Shown: in pieces, positions 48,599 through 57,052 of the stretch
Position numbering within the stretch: the stretch's first letter is position 1
How the letters are laid out: each line of letters opens with the position of its first letter
IMG/VR virus record: IMGVR_UViG_3300042289_000986
Coordinates: 1-64,000 of that record
DNA: 64,000 nucleotides
Direction: 5' to 3' (one strand)
Made by a program: the position numbers and the translations under genes
The notes under the pieces: model-generated
Told to the model about the DNA's origin: nothing
The model's input: the letters and a program-made list of their open reading frames with translations, nothing else
Database searches by the model: none

Positions 48599-48956
48599 TA
48601 TTATTATCTTTTCGGCTGTATGTGCAATCATCGTCATTACATATCTGGGGGTCAGTGCAGTGGTGCGCTGGTTGGGTGATGACTGATAGCATTTTCGCCC
48701 GAACACAAATTACGGAATTAAAAAGCAATGAAGTTCAACGCATCTTTATCCTCTCGCCTTAAGGCGTAATCAAAATGCGCCGTGGCGAAAGGTTTTATGA
48801 AAGCAAAACTGAAACAAAACATAACGAGAAGATTGGATCAAGTAGTTCTTCTTCTCAGTAACCCTAACTATGATCCTATCAGGGATGGCTTCTTCCTCCC
48901 ATTCTTCAGGGCATTCTTTCTCAATAAGATTGTTTATAAATAAACTCTTGTTACAA

Positions 48957-48999
48957 TGCAACACTGTGTTAGAATGCAACATGGTGTCGCATACCCGCA
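48957..48999 (+). repeat. 43-bp repeat, copy 1 (TGCAACA-type), followed by purine-pyrimidine alternation
   Basis: One mismatch to 52263-52305. Confidence 0.9.
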
Positions 49000-49046
49000 C
49001 GTAGCGCATACGTGCGCGTAGGCATACGCTATAGAAAAATACAACA

Positions 49047-49448
49047 ATGATATCAACCGCTCTATCAGATCAAATGGTGTTTCAAACCTTTACGATGGTA
49101 AAGGCAAAGAACAACAAGACTTCACCATTCAAAGTTGATGGTTTGATTTGTTTTGGAAAACTCATTCATGAATCCAAGACAGCCAAATACTACAAGTATG
49201 CAAATGGTGTCGTGCAAAAGAAATACAAAGTCAAAGATCAAACAGCACTCAATACCAAGAAAGTAACAGTCAGCAATGATAGGGAAGGAGAGCTTTTGAT
49301 TGAAACCATGCTTAAACCTATGGGAATCAAACGCAGACTCTATCGTGTCCCCAATGATGGACTTCCATACAGCGCAAAAGGCAACTTTACCCGCAATGGA
49401 AACATTCCAAAGCACAGAGCCAAGATCATTGACGTATATTTGCAATGA
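49047..49448 (+). CDS. Basic hypothetical protein
   Basis: ORF; start uncertain. Confidence 0.5.
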   Translation: MISTALSDQMVFQTFTMVKAKNNKTSPFKVDGLICFGKLIHESKTAKYYKYANGVVQKKYKVKDQTALNTKKVTVSNDREGELLIETMLKPMGIKRRLYRVPNDGLPYSAKGNFTRNGNIPKHRAKIIDVYLQ

Positions 49449-49735
49449 AATCCATGAATGAATATCGAAAACATGGAATGAAATCCAATTCTCATTTAAA
49501 GCGGAATTGAGTTTCAAGAAACTTATTTTCTTGTTTGAGGTGCTATTGATGTGAAAGTCGCCTCTCATGAAACTTATTTTCTTGTAAATCCCACTCTCCC
49601 GTAAAAAGTCCTTGTCTGGGTTCATGATTCGGTTATTCTAAGGACGCTTCGGAGGCCCCGTTAAGCCATCGAAAGATGGTTGAGCTACGGAGAAGGGTGA
49701 GTGGGAATAAAACACCACTCACCCTTCAATTTTTA

Positions 49736-49808
49736 GTCCGTGTAGTGAAAAAGGACATCACACAGATCCCCGAAATCTGAATTCCAGCTTCGATTGCTGG
49801 CACGGACA
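49736..49808 (+). tRNA. Atypical tRNA-Arg (CCG)
   Basis: Perfectly paired cloverleaf; anticodon loop CCCCGAA; T-loop TTCGATT. Confidence 0.8.
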
Positions 49809-49813
49809 TTTTT

Positions 49814-49849
49814 AGCCCATCTCTTAAAAGGGATGGGCTTCTTCTTTTT
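49814..49849 (+). terminator. Rho-independent terminator
   Basis: AGCCCATC/GATGGGCT plus T-rich tail. Confidence 0.75.
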
Positions 49850-49981
49850 CCGCAGAAATGTTCGAGGCGGAACGGCTGTGTTCGAGCATCAAAAGAAAAG
49901 GTGAATCATATTTTCTTGTTGTGTTCGAGATTCAGGAAAAAAGTTCTTGTGAACTCGAACCTATCAGGTAATCTCATCAAC

Positions 49982-50047
49982 GGGCTGACTCATCCCCGAA
50001 GGGTGAGAGTTGCAACAGACAAAAATAGAGGAATTAACCTCCAGCCC
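49982..50047 (+). ncRNA. Candidate small structured RNA
   Basis: GGGCTG/CAGCCC closing stem with two internal hairpins, at a predicted TSS. Confidence 0.5.
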
Positions 50048-50065
50048 AAAACTTTCTTTGACAAT

Positions 50066-50187
50066 TTGAGTGCGTGGTGAAAACCTCGTTATGAATAGTG
50101 CTAAAAAATAACTCGCCCATAATTATACACCGACAGGATTAGGCGAAAGTCGGGGAAGCAATAATCCACGTTAGCACACGCACTCAA
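50066..50187 (+). ncRNA. Candidate multi-pseudoknot ncRNA
   Basis: 11-bp closing stem plus five further complementary pairs; 4 nt upstream of tRNA-Cys. Confidence 0.6.
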
Positions 50188-50191
50188 CATC

Positions 50192-50262
50192 GCACCTTTA
50201 GCCAAGTGGTAAGGCAGGAGTCTGCAAAACTCCCATCGTTGGTTCAAATCCAACAAGGTGCT
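50192..50262 (+). tRNA. tRNA-Cys (GCA)
   Basis: GGAGT-CTGCAAA-ACTCC; U73 discriminator. Confidence 0.93.
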
Positions 50263-50299
50263 TGACATTAAACCAAACAACTGATAGAAATAAAAACTC

Positions 50300-50533
50300 A
50301 TGAAAAAAGAATCACGAATATCTTATGGCATAGATACCACAGCAATGTTCTGCAAAGATGAAAAAGGAAGAACATTGCGCGTTGGAGATAGTATCTTCAC
50401 TCGCGGTGGTGCTACTGGTTTCAAAATAAACAAAATCATTTTTAGCGAAGGAAAACCTATGCTGGAATTGATTAGACCATCTTATCGTTTGGCATCTGAA
50501 TGTCGATTGGACACTGGAAAAGAAAACTCTTGA
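50300..50533 (+). CDS. Small SH3/KOW-like protein
   Basis: KDEKGRTLRVGDSI. Confidence 0.45.
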   Translation: MKKESRISYGIDTTAMFCKDEKGRTLRVGDSIFTRGGATGFKINKIIFSEGKPMLELIRPSYRLASECRLDTGKENS

Positions 50534-50567
50534 CACTTCCAAGCAAACCAACTAAACATACACACTC

Positions 50568-50795
50568 ATGAAAACACCATTACTATTCAAAGAAACAGAT
50601 GCCTACATCTTGATGGCACTCACCTTCATCCTTGGAATCATCCTCACGTTCCTTGCTTGCATGATCTTTATGGCCGCGCCATTGAAGAAACAAGCAGTCG
50701 AGCGCGGATTTGCGGAATGGCAAGTCACGGACACTTCCATCGGTGCAACCAAATTCGTGTGGAAAGATAACAATCTTGCTCGCTTCTCATTCTAA
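50568..50795 (+). CDS. Small membrane protein
   Basis: One TM segment and AVERGFAEW motif. Confidence 0.55.
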   Translation: MKTPLLFKETDAYILMALTFILGIILTFLACMIFMAAPLKKQAVERGFAEWQVTDTSIGATKFVWKDNNLARFSF

Positions 50796-51001
50796 TGAAA
50801 AAAGAAACTGACAGCAAAATGGTCATGGTTCACAATGACCAACTCAAGAGTCTTATCACAATTGCATCGGAAGCATTGAATTGTTTGAATGAATATGCGG
50901 GTGATGATTCCGAAACTTACCAACATCTTAAAAAACAATTTGAAAAGTGGAATCGCTATGATTACAAATAATTTTTAGGATTGGTGTAGTCATAACAAAA
51001 G

Positions 51002-51032
51002 AAAGGCACAGGCGAAAGTCTGTGCCTTTTTT
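51002..51032 (+). terminator. Rho-independent terminator
   Basis: GGCACAGGC-GAAA-GTCTGTGCC plus T-tract. Confidence 0.85.
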
Positions 51033-51133
51033 CTTTTCCCCGTATGAGAAGTCGTTCGCATAGGGCAACCCAGAACACAAGAAAAGATGAATCATATTTT
51101 CTTGTAGTGTTCGAGATTCAGGAAAAAAAGTCC

Positions 51134-51162
51134 TTGTCAGGTTCGAGGTAATTGCTTACTCT
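51134..51162 (+). promoter_or_regulatory. Representative cassette promoter (TTGTCA-N17-TACTCT) with A-tract UP element
   Basis: Equivalent -35 boxes at about 40115, 41182, 49612, 49947, 51968, 52980, 54927 and 55396. Confidence 0.7.
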
Positions 51163-51171
51163 TTGCGCGTT

Positions 51172-51813
51172 ATGAAATTCACCACCATCACACAAGCAAC
51201 CGCAATCGTTCACACACTATCCGCACCGAGCAAGATGCCTGGTCATGCTTATTCAATCCCTGCCTTTCGTTGCAAGGTCGGTTCTTTGCTTCGCAAGATC
51301 AAGGGAAGCATTTGCTCCAAGTGCTATGCTCTCAAGGGTCGTTACATTTTCCAAAACGTCATTGATGCTATGGAAAAACGTTTTCAGTCTTTGACTAATC
51401 CTCTGTGGGTTGATGCCATGACATTCCTTATCAATAAAAAGGAAAAGAGTGGATTCTTTCGCTGGCATGACAGCGGAGATTTACAAGACATCGACCACCT
51501 GCAAAAGATTGTGCAAGTTGCAAAGAATCTTCCGTCAATCAAATTCTGGCTTCCCACCAGAGAATACGGCATCGTCTCTGACTACATCGCAAAGGTTGAA
51601 AATTCTTTTCCCGACAACCTCTGTGTTCGTCTCTCTGCCTATATGCTTGATGGTAAAACTCCCGATTCCGTCGCGCAACGCTTGGGGGTTCAAGTGAGCG
51701 GTGTATCCAAGGATGGATATACTTGCCCCGCTTCCAAGCAAAACAATATCTGTGGAGATTGTCGAGCTTGTTGGGACAGGTCGGTTTATTGCATTAGCTA
51801 CAAGCAACACTGA
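51172..51813 (+). CDS. GP88-like Cys-rich protein
   Basis: PSKMPG, CSKCYA, FRWHDSGD and CGDCRACW motifs. Confidence 0.8.
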   Translation: MKFTTITQATAIVHTLSAPSKMPGHAYSIPAFRCKVGSLLRKIKGSICSKCYALKGRYIFQNVIDAMEKRFQSLTNPLWVDAMTFLINKKEKSGFFRWHDSGDLQDIDHLQKIVQVAKNLPSIKFWLPTREYGIVSDYIAKVENSFPDNLCVRLSAYMLDGKTPDSVAQRLGVQVSGVSKDGYTCPASKQNNICGDCRACWDRSVYCISYKQH

Positions 51814-51833
51814 CGAATAGAAAATCCCTTCTC

Positions 51834-51870
51834 AAAGCCCTCTGTCGAAAGACAGGGGGTTTTTTCTTTT
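51834..51870 (+). terminator. Rho-independent terminator
   Basis: CCCTCTGTC-GAAA-GACAGGGGG plus T-tract. Confidence 0.85.
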
Positions 51871-52005
51871 GTATATACTGACATCAACTTTACTTGATAT
51901 TTTCAGGAGATAAAGAAAAGATGAATCATATTTTCTTGTCGTGTTCGAGGTTCAGGAAAAAAAGTTCTTGCCATAGTTCTTTTAAAATGATTCAATGTCC
52001 GTGTT

Positions 52006-52278
52006 ATGAAAACACCTAAAGAAAACTCTGATTGTCCCAAGTGCAAAGTTGGCAAACTCGTATCTGTCATCGACAAACAACAGATCATCTCAATGGGGGA
52101 AGTCATTGAAGTCCCATCATTCGGGTTCTACGAGTGCAGTCGTTGCCGCCGCACTACCTTGATTGCCAAGGAAATTCAAAAGGCGATGCAGTATCTGGAC
52201 TATTATCATTACAACTACAGCAACGAACCCTTCGAGCTTTACCCAGTAAAGACGAGTAAATTTGCAACAGTGTGTTAG
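52006..52278 (+). CDS. YgiT/MqsA-type zinc-finger protein
   Basis: CPKC...CSRC. Confidence 0.55.
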   Translation: MKTPKENSDCPKCKVGKLVSVIDKQQIISMGEVIEVPSFGFYECSRCRRTTLIAKEIQKAMQYLDYYHYNYSNEPFELYPVKTSKFATVC

Positions 52279-52305
52279 AATGCAACATGGTGTCGCATAC
52301 CCGCA
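52263..52305 (+). repeat. 43-bp repeat, copy 2
   Basis: Matches 48957-48999. Confidence 0.9.
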
Positions 52306-52385
52306 GGTGACGCATATACGTATACGCGCACACGCGATTAGATAATCCAGAAACTTATTTTCTTGTAAGCGAAAAATTAAATAAA

Positions 52386-52697
52386 ATGAAAACGAAACTT
52401 AAACTACCAGAAACTCAAATTGCAAAGTTCGTTCCAATATCAGATATCATTCCCAAAGATTGGCATGGCTGGTTCTATGATGTGATTAGCCGAGATGCAC
52501 CCTTCAATTGGGGAGACAACAATAGAACGCTCATAGATGCAATCTCCTTTGGACACCATGCGGAAGATGTATTGGACATGGAAGAGTCCTTTGGAGACAA
52601 TACTGAAGAGAATGGAAATATCAAAGGCCGCGAAGAGTTCTTCGATATTCTCAATGCATTGGCAAAGAAGAATATCTATGTAGATTTAGAAAATTAG
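52386..52697 (+). CDS. Hypothetical protein
   Basis: ORF followed by a terminator. Confidence 0.6.
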   Translation: MKTKLKLPETQIAKFVPISDIIPKDWHGWFYDVISRDAPFNWGDNNRTLIDAISFGHHAEDVLDMEESFGDNTEENGNIKGREEFFDILNALAKKNIYVDLEN

Positions 52698-52718
52698 TAG
52701 ATAGGTGTGTTGTGTGTT

Positions 52719-52753
52719 GGGGTGGTGGTTGAAAAACCATCACCCCTTTTTTT
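52719..52753 (+). terminator. Rho-independent terminator
   Basis: GGGGTGGTGG/CCATCACCCC plus T-tract. Confidence 0.85.
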
Positions 52754-53064
52754 GTAGTTGAATATCAATAGGTTATATCCAATAACCTATATTTAATAAC
52801 CCAAACTCATTAGGATGTGAGAATTGGGAAACTTATTTTCTTGTTTGATCTTCTCCTCGCCAGGAATTCCGCGACATCTGATAAAACAAAATCGTCTTCT
52901 TCGCCTGGACAATTTTCAGGATCAAAAGAAAGCATGAATCTTATTTTCTTGTAGAGTGTTCCCACGGGAAAAAAATCCGTTGCATCGGCTGTGCCTTCTG
53001 CTATTGTTGGCCTTGTCGAAAGACACAAACACAAACAAACAACCAAACAAAATAGACAAAAGTT

Positions 53065-53607
53065 ATGGCTAACATCAAAATCAATGCCCTCGATATCTTG
53101 AGGGAATCCACCACGAACGGATGCAAATTCATCTCGTTCCTCTACATGACCAAAGGCACGGGCGAAACCTCGCGTTACACGCTTAACTTTGGTATCGACT
53201 ACAAGGCAGCTTGCGAAGCGGACAAAATCGCTCTGGAAGCCTATCAGCCGAGCAACGACATTGAAGCCGAAGCCAAGGGGCAAATGCTTCAGTCGCTCAC
53301 CGAAACGCTCACCCAAGGCGTGAGCAGCAGCTACACGCAAAAAGATACGTTCGATAACATCGGCAAAGGTATTCGCCAACACAAGGAAACTGGTGAAATC
53401 TACCTCTACGGATTCGTCCAACAAAAGGAGCAAGTTGCTCCTCCGACAAATCCGAAGAAGCCTGTCAACAGCCGTCCTCTGACTCTGGCAAAGCGTGACA
53501 TTGAAAAGGCTCTGGAGTTTAAGCGCAACAAATTCGGTCAATTCATCCTTACCCCCGAAAACATCGCAGGTGTTAAGGTCTGCGGCGATCTGATCGAATT
53601 GCACTAA
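53065..53607 (+). CDS. Hypothetical protein
   Basis: Single-gene cassette with strong codon bias. Confidence 0.7.
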   Translation: MANIKINALDILRESTTNGCKFISFLYMTKGTGETSRYTLNFGIDYKAACEADKIALEAYQPSNDIEAEAKGQMLQSLTETLTQGVSSSYTQKDTFDNIGKGIRQHKETGEIYLYGFVQQKEQVAPPTNPKKPVNSRPLTLAKRDIEKALEFKRNKFGQFILTPENIAGVKVCGDLIELH

Positions 53608-53624
53608 ACCCTCCCGCTCAAACC

Positions 53625-53654
53625 AACCCGCTCCCGAAAGGGGGCGGGTTTTTT
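53625..53654 (+). terminator. Rho-independent terminator
   Basis: CCCGCTCCC-GAAA-GGGGGCGGG plus T-tract. Confidence 0.9.
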
Positions 53655-53802
53655 GTTTGAGTTACACTTTCTCTCTGTCCGAAATCATTTGGTTCGATTC
53701 CACCTCTCAAAAGAAAGCATGAATCTTATTTTCTTGTAGACTCGAACCTCCCGTAAAAAATTCCTTTTCCCTCGATCAGTCCCATCTACACTCGCAGACG
53801 TT

Positions 53803-54174
53803 ATGACTAATTCAATTCCATCCACACTCAAGCTGGAAGATATTCAAGGTATCGCAGACTTGACGGCAAAGTTTCTCAACCTGTCGATTCGTCCTCGCGC
53901 AATCATCAAGGACACTCGCAACGGCAAAGCTTACACCCACAAGGGTTGGTTCTCTCTGCCAAAATGGGCTTGGAATCGTGGGGATCGTTACGTCACCTAC
54001 TACGTTGTCCATGAGGTTTGTCACTTCTATGCAGGTGGCATTGATCATGGAACCCTGTTCAAGAAGGTAGAGGACAAGGCTCTTGCTTACTGGGGAATCT
54101 ACATCAAACGAAACAAAGTATACCCCAAGAAAATCTTCAATGGGCCTTGTCAAAACGACCCGATTGATTGCTGA
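53803..54174 (+). CDS. SprT/YgjP-like zinc metalloprotease
   Basis: VVHEVCH...HG..F motif. Confidence 0.7.
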   Translation: MTNSIPSTLKLEDIQGIADLTAKFLNLSIRPRAIIKDTRNGKAYTHKGWFSLPKWAWNRGDRYVTYYVVHEVCHFYAGGIDHGTLFKKVEDKALAYWGIYIKRNKVYPKKIFNGPCQNDPIDC

Positions 54175-54196
54175 CAAGTCTGGTGTTGTTGTGATC

Positions 54197-54228
54197 AACC
54201 CATCGTCCGAAAGGGCGGTGGGTTTTTT
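54197..54228 (+). terminator. Rho-independent terminator
   Basis: CCCATCGTCC-GAAA-GGGCGGTGGG plus T-tract. Confidence 0.85.
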
Positions 54229-54368
54229 CTTTCATACCAACACACACACATCAAACACAGATTTCACGGGCACACAAAAAAGGATGAATCTTATTTTCTT
54301 GTAGAGTGTCCCCAACGGGCAAAAAACTTCTTCCCTTCCTGACCATTCCACATACACTCATCCTCGTT

Positions 54369-54776
54369 ATGGGAACACGACTATATCCAATCACCAACGA
54401 CCACAGCATCCTTGAGGCACTCGCAGAAGTGCCAAAGGGAACAATGGAGCGTCTCACGAAGATGCAAGCCAACCACAAGGAACTCCTCGATGCCGCCCGT
54501 TCGCGTGGCGAGGGTATCTACGATCTGGAGCACGAACTCTGGTGCGAGATCAACGACAATCCCGACATGGGGCCAATGGACAACTTCCACACTTTCGGGT
54601 GGGGCAAGCTCCGTAGTGGAGTCTACGAACTCCTTGAGGCCAACCCCGACAAGTGGGAAGGCGAAACCTACAGCGGCTCCTGCACGGACGCAGACCTCTG
54701 TGCCCAAATGCTCTTGGCGCAAGGGGTGGTTACCTCCGTCTCACCAAGCGATATCGGCGGCTTGGCTTGGGGCTAA
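54369..54776 (+). CDS. Hypothetical protein
   Basis: Single-gene cassette. Confidence 0.65.
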   Translation: MGTRLYPITNDHSILEALAEVPKGTMERLTKMQANHKELLDAARSRGEGIYDLEHELWCEINDNPDMGPMDNFHTFGWGKLRSGVYELLEANPDKWEGETYSGSCTDADLCAQMLLAQGVVTSVSPSDIGGLAWG

Positions 54777-54794
54777 ACCAACCCAACTCACACG

Positions 54795-54826
54795 AACCCT
54801 CACGGAGAAATCCGTGGGGGTTTTTT
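54795..54826 (+). terminator. Rho-independent terminator
   Basis: CCCTCACGGA-GAAA-TCCGTGGGGG plus T-tract. Confidence 0.85.
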
Positions 54827-54964
54827 CTTTCCCTGATCGAACCTCGAAGCAGATCCTGAACTTCGAGCATCAAAAGAATTGAAGAATCTTATTTTCTTGT
54901 TGTTTCGAGATTCAGGAAAAAAGTCCTTCCCATCCTGATCGAACCAACTATAGTGATTATCGTT

Positions 54965-55255
54965 ATGAGAAAAAACACCACACCCGATATGCTGAACCCC
55001 AACACCATCCTGTTCAACATCGCATCCCGCACCTGTATGAAGCTCTCTCCCAAAAAGGAGGAGAGGGTTCTTGGTTACATCTATAACGTCATGAACGGTG
55101 ACGGACTCTACGACAATGCCAGCAAGGAGGTAATCCTTGAGGCATACATTGACCAAGAGAGCGGTGGTCGCCCAGACGTAACATGGGCGCACCTCATCGC
55201 TGAAGCCTTGGACGATATCCAAGGCACAGGCGTCCTCCAAGAATTCCGCCTGTAG
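54965..55255 (+). CDS. Hypothetical protein
   Basis: Single-gene cassette. Confidence 0.6.
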   Translation: MRKNTTPDMLNPNTILFNIASRTCMKLSPKKEERVLGYIYNVMNGDGLYDNASKEVILEAYIDQESGGRPDVTWAHLIAEALDDIQGTGVLQEFRL

Positions 55256-55273
55256 CCTTCAACCACTCACAAG

Positions 55274-55305
55274 ACCCATCGCTCGAAAGGGCGGTGGGTT
55301 TTTTT
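55274..55305 (+). terminator. Rho-independent terminator
   Basis: Near-copy of the 54197 terminator. Confidence 0.85.
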
Positions 55306-55433
55306 GTGCCTACACCACAGGACCACCTGCAACCCAGAACAAAAGAAAGAGTGAATCATATTTTCTTGTAAAGTATCCCCACCAGAAAAAAACCTTTGAC
55401 CCCTGATCGTTTCTATCTATACTCATCATCGTT

Positions 55434-55658
55434 ATGAGAAACCAAAACATCACACCAAGCACATCAGTTTCTGATCTCATTCATATGATGGCAAACGCAG
55501 CCACCACCGGAGCAACCTGTGGAGGTCACACCAAGTCCCGAATGAACTGGAAGTTCTTCGAGGAATACAAGGAGGAACTTGAAAACTCTGGGGGAGTTGC
55601 TCCTTCGATGGACGAACTCTACGACCTCGGAATCTTCAACGGAAAGGGGGCATGGTAA
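55434..55658 (+). CDS. Hypothetical protein
   Basis: Behind TTGACC-N16-TATACT. Confidence 0.6.
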   Translation: MRNQNITPSTSVSDLIHMMANAATTGATCGGHTKSRMNWKFFEEYKEELENSGGVAPSMDELYDLGIFNGKGAW

Positions 55659-55855
55659 TGAGAGCCACCGAATTCAGATGCAAGGGTCACCATTTCCGTG
55701 TGGAAGAATCCTTCTGTGGTGATACCCCAAACAATAACGTCTGGGTATTGAACAGAGCAAAGACCAACTGGGATTGGAAGCTGCTCACCAACTACGACTA
55801 CGATCATCTTGTTCGTAGACTCAAACGAGTAGGCATCGACTACTTCAAAGACTGA
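55658..55855 (+). CDS. Hypothetical protein
   Basis: TAATG overlap. Confidence 0.55.
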   Translation: MRATEFRCKGHHFRVEESFCGDTPNNNVWVLNRAKTNWDWKLLTNYDYDHLVRRLKRVGIDYFKD

Positions 55856-55876
55856 TCATCTTCAACCTCCGATCAC

Positions 55877-55908
55877 AACCCACTGCTGGCAACGGCAGTG
55901 GGTTTTTT
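55877..55908 (+). terminator. Rho-independent terminator
   Basis: CCCACTGCTG-GCAA-CGGCAGTGGG plus T-tract. Confidence 0.85.
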
Positions 55909-56111
55909 CTTTCCCACATCTGTCCAGCCCGTCACCTGCGCTCACAAGAAAATATGATTCATCTCTTCTTGTTGTCCCAGTTGAACAGTGGTTCTAACCC
56001 ACCCACCAGTTCTTATGACAACCAAAGGTTCCCATCAGTAGAACAATCTATTCTTTATGACACTCGCGGCGGTTGTCCACCAACCACTCATCATCTATCA
56101 TTGATACTGTT

Positions 56112-56312
56112 ATGAAATCATCACACAGCAAACGAGTCGGTAACCTCATCAACAAAGCACTCCTCTCTGGACTCTTCTGGAACAAGGAGACAACCATCGG
56201 AGGTATACTCTACCCTCACGATAAGACCATGCCACCCTTGGCTTGGCACCGTTCAGATAGAGGCTTCCATCCTACGAGGAGATACCTAAAGAAGTTTGGG
56301 ATCACCCCATAG
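56112..56312 (+). CDS. Hypothetical protein
   Basis: GTTATG start, followed by a terminator. Confidence 0.5.
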   Translation: MKSSHSKRVGNLINKALLSGLFWNKETTIGGILYPHDKTMPPLAWHRSDRGFHPTRRYLKKFGITP

Positions 56313-56331
56313 ACTTCCACCTCGAAGTCAG

Positions 56332-56361
56332 ACCCACTGCTCGCAAGGGCAGTGGGTTTTT
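56332..56361 (+). terminator. Rho-independent terminator
   Basis: Near-copy of the 55877 terminator. Confidence 0.85.
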
Positions 56362-56581
56362 CTTTGCACTCGTTCCACTTCGAACCACCTTCTCTTCTCA
56401 AAGACGTTTTAAAAAAATCGTGTTTCCTGAAAACACGTTTCATTCGAAGACCCCCTCTGCAAAAATATCTCTATGACAAACATTGTGTCATAGGTGTCAT
56501 AGGGGGCAATGCCCCCCTGTATATAGGGGTAGGGTATATAAGGTACCTTACCTATAGCTTATTGAGAATGGTTCTCATTTA

Positions 56582-57052
56582 CTATTTAAAATCAGTTCGT
56601 AAATCTTTTTGGGGAACAAAGAAGGCAGGTTCTCCATTATTGGGATTTCGGACATATTTTTTATCCAGAGCATCATCTCCTTTGATATATCCCTTTACTG
56701 TGTAATTGGGCATATTACCTGTAATAAGGACAAAGTTTTGATTGAGTTTACCTTTGTCTTTTTTTCTAATGATTAGGCATCCATGATCAATATTGGTATA
56801 TCTTACTTGCCAATTGGTTCCTACATCGGGAGCACTGAAGGTATTGACCGATCCTACCCATTCTTCTCCAATGTATTTGGCAAAGGCTAATTCGGCTCCT
56901 GCTGCTTCGATGTCATTAGACCACCAGTTTCCACCTATGGGTGGTCCATGATGGCTCAAGTCTCGGAGTTCTCGGAATAGATTGGTGAGTCTTCTTTTGA
57001 CTCCCATGATAGCTGCTTGTTCTGCTTCTTCTTTGGTAAGGGTTATTTTCAT
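56582..57052 (-). CDS. Conserved phage protein, possible PD-(D/E)xK nuclease-like
   Basis: AELAFAK, PDV..WQVR and FFVPQKDL motifs. Confidence 0.55.
   Translation of the reverse strand: MKITLTKEEAEQAAIMGVKRRLTNLFRELRDLSHHGPPIGGNWWSNDIEAAGAELAFAKYIGEEWVGSVNTFSAPDVGTNWQVRYTNIDHGCLIIRKKDKGKLNQNFVLITGNMPNYTVKGYIKGDDALDKKYVRNPNNGEPAFFVPQKDLRTDFK

Noticed and set aside
49982-50047. Hammerhead ribozyme (CTGA...GAA)
   Set aside because: The core reads CTGACTCA rather than CTGANGA, and the GAAA/stem III arrangement is missing.
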